Below are positions 1 through 9,600 of a stretch of DNA of 52,678 nt, in pieces. A model generated the notes under the pieces. The model ran no database searches. It was not told the origin of the DNA and was given only the letters and a program-made list of their open reading frames with translations. Each line of letters begins with the position of its first letter. The stretch's first letter is position 1. A program made the position numbers and the translations under genes. Source of the DNA: Paecilomyces variotii (Eukaryota); the NCBI GenBank assembly GCA_004022145.1, contig RCNU01000012.1, one strand, 5' to 3'.

Positions 1-579
1 TGTGGCTGACAGCGGGATCTCCAAGCCACACCGCGGCACATCCCGCTGTCAACTGTAGATATGGTAGTTACTACTTAGCGCTTGTAATCAGCCCTCAGTT
101 GAACGTCGGCTCTGAACGCCAATAAGTGAAGAAAATGGAAGTATCCCATTCATAGACCATTCATTCCTACATATGTCACTACATGGTACCGGGAATTGGA
201 GGAACTTGTGTGAATAGACCCGTTCAACCCCGCAATAGCTGCTTGTGCCGGAATGAATACATAAACCATGATTGTCAGACGTAGAATCGTTCTTTCTCTG
301 CAAAGCAGCTGGCCATTGATGTCCGCACCTGCAGTTTGTATTCATATCCTGCGGATACTTTGTTCCCGAGTTCTCAAGGACGGTGTGCTACAGAGCGCCT
401 GGCTGATAGCCTTACTTACGGGCTGAACCTTCCTCGTGGATTCGATCTAGCATGGTGATCTCCATAGCAAAGCCGTAATGTTAAATAGAGTAGTCAATCT
501 TCCTTACTCGAGAATCTCTTCAAGTTCTTTATGGCACACAAACATCCACAGAGAGAGCAACAGCAACAGCAGAAATAAC

Positions 580-985
580 ATGTTGTTCCTTTTATTCATT
601 TTTACTGGGTCGGCGGCCCCCACGCCGACGGCCCACAATGCCACGGCGACACGCTCAAAATCGGCTACCTCCGAATCCGTGTCCGCCTCGGCGGGCGGTG
701 CGTCATTCCAGTACTGGGGGTAAGTACTCTTCCTTCCCTAACTTATGGGCATTGATAAATATTTATTAATATATGATTAGCTCTGCGTCTCTGTACACGA
801 GGCACGTATTCGCCTCTGCTGGGGCGATCATCGTCCTAGCGATCGGCCTCGCCGTAGCATGGCGATTGTATGTACTTGATTCTTCACTTCTCCAGTATTG
901 GTACTGATTGATTGTTTCTAGGGCGGGCTTGCCCCCAATCAGCCAGTGGAACTTGTGGTACTTAATTGCCCTTCGATGTTGGTGA
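580..985 (+). CDS. Small membrane protein, copy 1 of a tandem pair (3 exons: 580-719, 781-867, 922-985; ~96 aa)
   Basis: ATG at 580 followed by a hydrophobic leader (MLFLLFIFTGSAAP) and a Ser/Thr/Ala-rich stretch. GTAAGT..TAG (720-780) and GTATGT..CTGAT..TAG (868-921) introns splice in frame to a TM helix (HVFASAGAIIVLAIGLAVAWR). Exon structure is corroborated by the adjacent paralogue. The 3' end is uncertain because a third intron may start at 958. Confidence 0.6.
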
Positions 986-1104
986 CACAAAATTTAAATA
1001 CTTTGGGTACGCTCCCCTCCCTGATAGACACACACGCACAGATATACCCGTATAGAGAACGAGAAAGAGAAAGAGAAAGAAACCACTAACAGTAACAGGA
1101 AAAC

Positions 1105-1721
1105 ATATTGCTCTTTCTTCTCCTAGCCACTCCATCGGGCGCTATGCCTACAGCGCCAAAGTGTCCACCTCTGCGTCTCCAGGAGACGCGACGATTTCAT
1201 ATTTTTGGGTAAGTTACTCTTCCTTCCTTCCCTAGATTATAAGCATTAATAAATATTAACTAATATATAATCAGGCCGACAAACAAATCTGTCGCTCATA
1301 TCTTCGCATTCGCGGCAAGCCTAGTAATAATGTTAGTAGGCGCAGCAGTGGCGTTCCGAATGTATGTACTCCGTACTTGATTCTTCACTTCTCAAGTACC
1401 GGTACTGATTGATTGTTTCTAGGATGCGCTTGCCCCTAATCAGCTATGAGAACGTGTGGTACTTAATTGCCCTAAGCTGCTTTATATATCCAGTACTAGT
1501 ACTAACTAGGGTTTCTTAGGGCGAGTGTGCGGAGCGTCGGTCGTTGTTGTCGTGGTTGTCTTTGTCGTTGGCGGGGCGGGGGGGCGGGGGGGAAGAAGGA
1601 GGAGACGGGGGGGGACAATCCGGGGACGGGGGGGGCAGAATCCGGGGGAGCCGACGGGGGGGCCGGCGGGGGGGGGGGGATAATGGGGGGGACGAGGATG
1701 GGGGGGCGCAATAGGGGGTAG
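1105..1721 (+). pseudogene. Small membrane protein, copy 2 of the tandem pair; start codon reads ATA (probable RIP hit). Exons 1105-1208, 1275-1361, 1423-1458, probably 1520-1721
   Basis: Same intron phases and near-identical introns as copy 1. Exon 2 has the same 87-nt length and encodes HIFAFAASLVIMLVGAAVAFR. ACATGTTG in copy 1 corresponds to ACATATTG here. A putative third intron 1459-1519 (CTAAC branch) joins in frame to a Cys cluster and Gly-rich tail (RCCRGCLCRWRGGG...). It could still initiate at the in-frame ATG 1144. Confidence 0.5.
1570..1718 (+). repeat. G-rich low-complexity tract with many G runs
   Basis: More than 10 runs of 4 or more G within ~150 bp. Confidence 0.85.
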
Positions 1722-1847
1722 TAGTTAGGTATTATTAATATTATTTATCGGAAGTCGACTAGACGACTCGACCAAAAAGGAGAACTCCTCAGAGGTCTGG
1801 TCCTAGCTGGATCTAACACATTATTCAATTCGCATGTTTTATTGCAC

Positions 1848-2504
1848 CTATAGTCTTTTCTCCAAGTTGATAGAACAGTAATCATAAGCCATAATATCCC
1901 AGGCCCTCTGGTTTCTCTCAAGATCAAGAATCTCCGTAGTATCACGTTGATTTCTTCTTCGCTGACAGCAGATACAGCCTTCTCTGCAATGCATAAATAG
2001 CCCAGGTTTCCTCGACGATTCTCTCTCCCGGTAACAACACCCACAATCATATGCACAACAGCCACCTATGGCTTTACACGCGCGCTGAACTTCTTCTTGT
2101 GTATATGACACGTACCCATTCTGGTATAAATCAAATTCTCGGATGTAAGAGCCTTTGGGTTTGTTAAATAGATGCGAATGGTACTTTTGATTTAGAAACC
2201 ACCATCTTTTGTTATAACTCGCCATCTTCGCTTTATGGCCCTCCAGTTCATTTTTCTCTTCTTCTGTTAGGTCCCCATTGAATTTTTGCCTTTTTTCGAG
2301 TTCGAGCCTCTTTTGGTCGGTTCCAATCTCATATTGAATCATGGCCATCCTTGCAATTTCATTATCCAATTGCCGATTAATCCACTTCTTTTGCGGGCCT
2401 TTGGACCGATAGAAGATCTCGAATATCTTGGCTGTATTTTGTACCTTTACGGCGCTCTCGACACAGCCATGATCAAGGAGGTATTGTTCGATTCTTGCAA
2501 ACAT
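1848..2504 (-). CDS. Hypothetical 218-aa protein with a coiled-coil-like N half and a C-terminal Cys cluster
   Basis: Single-exon ORF. The motif CKAIGGCCAYDCGCCYRER...HCREGCICC resembles a recurrent uncharacterised Eurotiales family (CxxxGGCCxxxCGCC...HCxxxCxCC). Confidence 0.8.
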   Translation of the reverse strand: MFARIEQYLLDHGCVESAVKVQNTAKIFEIFYRSKGPQKKWINRQLDNEIARMAMIQYEIGTDQKRLELEKRQKFNGDLTEEEKNELEGHKAKMASYNKRWWFLNQKYHSHLFNKPKGSYIREFDLYQNGYVSYTQEEVQRACKAIGGCCAYDCGCCYRERESSRKPGLFMHCREGCICCQRRRNQRDTTEILDLERNQRAWDIMAYDYCSINLEKRL

Positions 2505-3082
2505 TTCGCGCGACGTCGGAGACGGTCACGATAGGTAGGCTATACGTGGGATACGAGGGGTCAAGGTATCTGCAAGGACGGCAATCGTTCGCAGCGGGCA
2601 ATACGGAAGATTAGAGGCAACCGAAATCTGTATTGAAGAATGAAAACAAAGAACCCACAATGAGGAATTCTTTGGAGGATGAGACAAGTGCGGGAAGAAG
2701 TGGAAGAAAGGGAAGAATAAATATTCGGTGCAGGCAGCAGTTCTCGTCACATATGTGGCCTAATCCGACTTGAAAATTGGAATTTCGTTGACGACACGAT
2801 GATTTCTGTGGTCTTGATGTAAGTATTTTTCAGTATATGCCATAGACATCCAGGTCAACGCGTCATAGCAGACATATTGTCTATGTGATATCTTGTCCGT
2901 TCAGGCGCGTATATAAGAATTTGCACACTAAAGGTATCCATTAAGATCCATTCTCTATCTCTCTTGCAAGTCCTGGTAAATTCATATGGGGAAGAAGGAA
3001 GGGTCTACTTCTAAGTAGCTGCATCTAATTGTTCAATAGTGTGTATGTATGCAGGAAATATATCCATGTACCTCATAGATTA

Positions 3083-3591
3083 CTACGAATAGGGCTGATA
3101 TGCGGGTTGGTGCCTTAGAACGCAGGCAGTCGAGCGTGGCTCAGCCACTAGTGGCGCAGCTAACCGCCGCCACAGAAGACTTGAAGCAAAAGGAAAAAAC
3201 GATACAAATGAGACAAACCCAGGAATAAATGCAAACATATCAAACATAAGGAAACAGCACAGATTGAGCAAGTACACAGTAATAGTAGTGCTGATGACGT
3301 CCTGGGTTGTGAAAGTCATATTAACATCAGCCCTAAGATCATTCGACAGGCAATATTCAGTGTCTTACCTTACCTCAATGGGCCGAAGCTCCGTTGCCAA
3401 CGCTACGCTGGACAGTCTAAAAAAGAGGGGTTAAGGTTTTCCATCCTTTCCCGGGATCGGATACAGTAGTCCCATGTGACCTATATCTTGCCAGTTTAGT
3501 CCCCCAGACACTAGAACTGCATACTAATCATACTAATCATACTGTACAGAAATGTGGAGAACAAGAAAAGAAGTTGTTCGCGGATGACCAT
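3083..3591 (-). CDS. Candidate small hydrophobic protein, 4 exons (3591-3543, 3480-3465, 3416-3374, 3301-3083; ~108 aa)
   Basis: Three GT..AG introns of 62, 48 and 72 nt, with plausible branch sites, join into one open frame with two hydrophobic segments. No homology recognised. Confidence 0.25.
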
Positions 3592-5069
3592 ACTGCTAAA
3601 TCTGCTATGGAGGCGTAGGACTTCTTGCGTTCCTTTGCCTTGGTCTCGGTTCGTCTGAACCACCTGATTCCAGACCCTCAGAAAGCTCTCGAAAAGAGGA
3701 AGCAACTATGCCTTATGCCGTGACCTATTGCCATTAAATGCAGGTACAGAGACTCCTGTGAGTCGTGACTCTCTCTAATCATAGCCCACGAGAACATTTG
3801 GGAAAACCCCGGGGGAAAAAGATTGATGAGTGGCTGGTCGTTTGTCATAAGCCGAGGAAGTCAGACTGCTGACGGCCAGTGAGATGGATGATCTTGATTC
3901 GTTGGTCCCTGTGCTCATTCCATCATTGATCTATTCCATCACTAGATCCAGCGGCATCCAGAGCGTGCGCACAGCGGTGTTTTCTTGCATTCTGTGAGAT
4001 TAATGACGAGGAAATATTTATCGTCAGAAATTTCTTGAGCTCAACTACTAAAACATGAGGAATCCGTGAGCTTTGCCGATTGTGCTGTGATACTCCAGTC
4101 AGCGATGCATCATTATATGGCGCTGATTTGACGCCCGGTCATCCGTCGGACAACGCTCCTAAAGAGACTAATGCCCGCCTGGGATTCGCCTTTTACCCCG
4201 GATCTTCCAGCAGCCGCTTCGACAACGACAATGGTCTCGATGCTGGTAGAATCCTCTAAGCACGATGCTTAATTGGGCTGATCTGTCCCCGCCTTTATTC
4301 TCTTTTTGCACCTCCTACTTTTTGGCCACCAATGAATCTCCGACGGTGCTGCAAGTCAAGTGAGCGCCGACGCCACTTCTAAATGATGGCCTCGCAACCT
4401 TTTACGGAACATAACCATGTTGCGCGGGGTTCCTGTTGGTTGTCTTCCAGCTCCATAACATGGTCTCCAATCACCTGTGGGGACCCGGATCTGGGGGTTG
4501 TGATCTGCTGCATTGTTTCCTTTTGTTGCAGCTATCCCCGGTCCATACTCCGAGGTATACTACTACTAGAACGGCTTAACTCTCTGGCTATATCTGCGGC
4601 TCGAGGTGCAATTTTCGGCCACTGCCCTATGTATCTGTCCGTTACGACTTGTGGAATCCACCTGGTCATCATGGACTGTGCAAGGGAGTAGCGCGCCAAC
4701 GCCTAGGGACTGGATAAAGCTAGCAGCCGACTCAATTGGATTGGTTGATCAGAGACATTGTCACCCTCGAGCATCTTGGCATGGATCCTACCAGTCTACG
4801 GTCTGACGTACCGCGGCTCTAGCCAACTTGGATTCGTGAGTTTTGGCCTCTATAATGCATGTGACGCTAGTTCAGCACAGTTCTGGAAGTCTCTGATCGG
4901 CAGTTGGGTATTCAGCTCGCTCTTATAAAGAGTTTGATATCCCCAGTTGTACAGTTATCCGACGCTGACCACTCGTTACTTCATCAACCGAGTCTGTCGT
5001 TTCAAGAGCAACCGGTGTACCCGTCGTCCGTTCCATATTATCATAGACAATTGGCAAGTCAAGAGGAAA

Positions 5070-5836
5070 ATGCAGTTCTCCTATACCTTCATTGCTCTCG
5101 TGGCCGCCGGTCTCGCCAGTGCTCAGTTACCCAACGTGCCGTCCTGCTCCGTAAGACAGCCACCCACCATAACCCTGTTCCGTATCTAACAATCTGTTCA
5201 GCTCAATTGTTTTGTGACGGCTCTCACTACCGATGGCTGCTCAGGCCTGACTGATTTCAATTGCCACTGCCAAAAGACGCAGCTTGTCAGTCAGATCACG
5301 CCCTGTGTCCAGAAGGCTTGTGACGTCGCCGACCAGTCCTGTACGTTATGTACCCTAGTCAGCTCTATAACTAATGCTAACAGTGAAGGATAGCTGTGTC
5401 TAGTGTTGTGGTCTCTCAGTGCTCTGCTGCTGGTCATCCTGTCTCAATTCCTAACCCTGGTGCGGCGTCTTCGACCGGGACTGCCACCACCACTACTACT
5501 GCGGCTGCAACAACCACCTCGGCTGCCTCTCCTACTAGCAGCTCCTCCAGCTCTAGCAGCAGCAGCAGCAGCTCGAGTGCTGCTACCACTTCCACCGCCA
5601 CTGTCACCCCTACGCCTTCGTCTTCTGGCTCATTTGCGACCACGTCCACCCCAGTAGGCTCTTCCATCTCATCAGCTAGTGGGATTGGAGCAACTACTTC
5701 TGCTGGCGCCTCTACTTCTGCTGGCTCATCCACTGCTTCTGCCTCTGCATCACAGTACACCGGCGCTGCTTCTAATGTCAAAGGCAACATGGCCGGTGCC
5801 GCTGCTGTTGCTGCTGTTGCGGCTTACATCTTGTAG
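5070..5836 (+). CDS. GPI-anchored CFEM-domain cell-surface protein (exons 5070-5150, 5202-5340, 5394-5836)
   Basis: Signal peptide MQFSYTFIALVAAGLASAQ. Eight-Cys CFEM: PSCSLNCFVTALTTDGCSGLTDFNCHCQKTQLVSQITPCVQKACDVADQSSVSSVVVSQC. Ser/Thr-rich stalk and C-terminal GPI signal (YTGAASNVKGNMAGAAAVAAVAAYIL). Canonical introns with CTAAC branch points. Confidence 0.95.
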
Positions 5837-6664
5837 TTCTAGTCCTGATGTGACTATACAGGTTGCTGAACGGCTGTTTCTACCTTGCGATAGGTGACGT
5901 GTCTTTGATCTCGGAATCACGAAGATGAGGCACTCTCGTGGCAAGTTAAAGTCTTTTCGCTCAACCTGTTAAATAGCACAATTAGTTTCCATTTCTGGAT
6001 GTAAAAAAAATTTGTTGACTTCATGTGTCTGTCTGTCTATGTCCTCCTCACTGTATCGCTCCTTTCAGCTATGGTGTAAGTTACATTTGTACTGTACATA
6101 CCAACCGTGACATACTGTGAGGAAACAATTTATGCTAATGTAATAACCCTCCAGGCGTGATCCATTGAGCTTTCCATTATAATGTCGGTAATCTTAGCCA
6201 AGGCACTTGATCGTACCAATTCGTTTTCTAGCCACTACATGTACCACTTTCGAAAGTCTAAACAAGTATAAACACAACGCAGTGACATTAAGCATGAGTC
6301 ACGAAGAGAGAGAGGGAACATGCCAAGCCAAACTGCGCTGAATGAGATCCAATACCGAAATAGGTCACATTTACTCTCCATCATACCCAAGTCTAGGCTG
6401 ACGTTTTGAAACCCGACAAGACAATTTTAGCGACGGTCTATCTAGTTACTCGCTTGTCAGTGAAAGCCTCGAGTTGCTAGTGCGCGCGCGACATTTTTAG
6501 TTGAGAGAAAGCGGACACTAATCTCTTTACGTTCCCCGACTCTTTCAAGGCAACAATGTCTCCTTTAGTGGAATATTTGCCGTCGTCCACTAGATTAGGA
6601 TACTTAAACACCAGATGGCCCTGTCATAAGCACTGTTCAATACGGAGTCGCGGATCTGTACAAG

Positions 6665-9600
6665 ATGGGGATCCCTGAGGCACTTCAGCCCCAGGTGTTG
6701 TTGCCGCAGCATCCTTCCGTCCTTGTCAGCCATTTTCACTCGCTTGTCAACGACAATCCTTCTTTGGCGAATATCAATGCGATCAATGACAGTCTTCTTA
6801 ATCTGATACATAGAGAAGCAATTTCCCCTTCCGCATACCGTGTTTGGCTTCCGATTGCTTTGCGACATTCATCACACTTCCTGCCTGCGGCACTGCGTGA
6901 CACCGTTTCTGCAGGCGTGCGCAAATCTGCGATTCGCGTCCTCCGCAGTCTGTTTCATAACCCACGCTGGAAAGTCCAAGGTTGGGACCATCTTGGTGGA
7001 GCTGCGGGAATTAGAGATGTCCTCGACACACTTCCAATTGCCGAAGTGAAGCAATTTGTCGGAGTAATCGCCGGTTACAGCTATTGTTCCAGCAGGGAGC
7101 AGGCTGCAGCATGTTTCGAGGAGTTGTTAGCTTTGGTGGAGAGATCCGAGGATTCGAGTCGCAGATCGCTATCTAAATATATGCGACCATTGCGTGCACA
7201 TTGCAGTCGTCAAAATGTGATTGAGCTATTGGCGTCATCGCCACCAGATCTTGGGCACTTCTTGATTCGCCTTGCCCCGTTGCATACGGATATCCTCCGA
7301 CAGGCGGTGACTGGGACAATCCATATGCCTCTAGAGGTGCGCTTGGAGATTATAATTGTGTGCAACGATGTCCTGATGGGCTCAAAGAACGACTATGTGC
7401 CGAGATACGCCACAGGCAAAGAGTTTCAGTCAGACTTCTCACCGGGGTTTGCATTTAGTATGGACCTCTTGCACGTGTTGGTAACTGAATCTGAGATAAA
7501 GGCAAGAATCAGCGCACATCAGATTCATAAGTGGATTCAATCTACATTGCGTCTTGCCATTGTCAGAAAGCTGCCGCTTGAACACGTCCTGATATTTGTG
7601 AGAGGAAGTTTACCACTATATCGTTCCAAATGCCCCGATTGGCTTATCAACGATATCCCACGAGAGATCATTCGATGGTGGTCTATTGCAAAGGTGGGGA
7701 GCTCTGGAGACTCCGGGTCTAATTCGATCATGGAAAAGGTCCAGCGGAGACACGAACCACGACCGACGGTAGCTCACCAAGAGATACTAAAAAAGTTAGT
7801 GGTCGAAGAAGTGTTGCAGCAAAAAGACGACAAGCTTGACGTGCAGCGGCGCCGGTATGACTTTACGAGAACAGTGGTTGGCCTTCTCTCACTAGTGGGT
7901 AGAGAATGCAGGATTGAGCTTCTTTGGTTGATTTGCAAGCATTCTCCCTTTCTCAATTTCGATATAAGGACAGTAACCCCTTCAGAACGAGAAGTGCAGC
8001 TCGTGCCGGTCTGGGATTATGCTGTTCTACAGAAGCTGCCACCTGGAGATGCGAAGTACTTGTTCAGTCGATCCCTGAGTATCTACCACTGCGATGAGTT
8101 TCTACCCAGTCCTGGTGAGGTGGGACGAGAGCCATGGTCTCTATCATGGAAAGAGCAATGCTTTCTCTGGGCAGACGCAGAGATAGCAACCGCTCAAACA
8201 ATTGATGATCTTGTGATGACCCAGAAATTGATCAACGAGATGAAACAGAAATCAATGCGTCAAAGGGATCACTCAGAACGGCTGGTATGGGCGGAAACAG
8301 CGATACAGGTTGCCGCCAGGACGAAGTCCTTGGAGATTTTCTGCGACATTGTTGACTGGAGCAAGCGCTTTCTACGAGACCCGCTCGTGTTTCCCGGCAT
8401 TATGAATCAAATTCTCTCCAATGGTGGCCGCATTCTCTCCTGTCAGAACGATAAGAAAACCATGAAGGTAGAATCAAAAGCCGACCTTGTGGTCCTTGCA
8501 CAAAAAGCAAACGGACTTCTAATGGATTTACTCAAGACAATATTGCTCTGGCTTCGGGAGCCTGGGGTTCGGCCAAACATGAGAGCAATGAAAACGGTAA
8601 GTAACAAAGTGTTCACCCTCTTATCCAGCACTGTCAACGGTCGCATGGAAGCAGTGAGACAATACACAAAAGGCGATCTCGCCACCGAGTCTGGGTCGGT
8701 GGATATATTGCTCGGGTCACTAGTACCAATCGTCATCGATTACGAGCGTGAAGGCAATTCAGAAGAATACATGGATGTCCTTTGGAGTGGCACGGAAGGA
8801 GTGCTGAGAAATGTCGAATGCCCAGAGAGCCCAAGTTCCGCAGAACTTGCATTTATGGATCGAATCGCACGCAAAAGAGATGAATTTTGGCAGCAGAAAC
8901 GGGTTAATCGCAACCCAGATATTCTTACTTTGGACCAGGGGTTGCCTAAAGGCCTTGCAGTTCAAAATTTAGTTCCTGGTACTACATGGCTTTCCCACAT
9001 CCTGGAACGTCAAAACGAAGCACCTTATGTGTCTTCTAGGGCCAACGAGGTTATTTTCGCACCGGTGGATATCCTCATGGCTGTACCACCAGACGGCGCT
9101 AGACCTGATGGAAAGTTCGTGGATCGGCTTGCAGTTTTGATCCGCGCTTACATGGGACGTGGTAAGAAGCTAGAGAAGGAGAAGCGTATTATGAAAATCT
9201 GGGAGTACTATTCCACGATCCTTCAATCGCGTCTACTGAACCTCAGACTGTTCCAAAATTGGTTGGCCGACCTAGCTCGGAACTCCGGTATGGAAGGGGC
9301 AGCCAACAGAATCCAACCAGACATATCTTTAACATTGAGTATACCTGCCGTATCGGAAATGTTAGTCGAATGGGATCCCTTAGGGGGACTACAGGACGAT
9401 AGCGAGATGTTAACTGGAGAGAATGAGAGCCGTTCACCGCATTCTGGCACCATCCTGAACTCCAGAACTTCATATTTCTTTACCTCCGGCAAGCTGAGAC
9501 TTGGGCCGGAAGCTAAAAAGGAAAACCTGCTTTCAATCTGGAAACTGAGGCGCCAATCCCTGAAAGAGGTGCCTACAGAGTGCTCTACAGCCACTCGTGA

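Noticed and set aside
88..345. 85-aa minus-strand ORF, with an AGADING ankyrin-like word in another frame
   Set aside because: No coherent gene model. The ankyrin-like frame has a stop just upstream and no repeat pattern, and the only nearby intron candidate is 33 nt.
958..1098. Intron fusing the two mini-genes into one transcript (CTAAC..CAG at 1086-1098)
   Set aside because: The splice leads to an in-frame TAG within 9 codons, and the segment is homologous to the 5' leader of copy 1.
1502..1711. Pro-rich 69-aa minus-strand ORF
   Set aside because: Antisense shadow of the G-rich tract, with a non-ATG start.
4383..4806. 102-aa and 66-aa ORFs upstream of the CFEM gene
   Set aside because: No recognisable motif or splice support. 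Most likely promoter DNA.
5434..5790. 118-aa antisense ORF rich in Glu, Val and Ala
   Set aside because: Mirror of the Ser/Thr-rich CFEM stalk.
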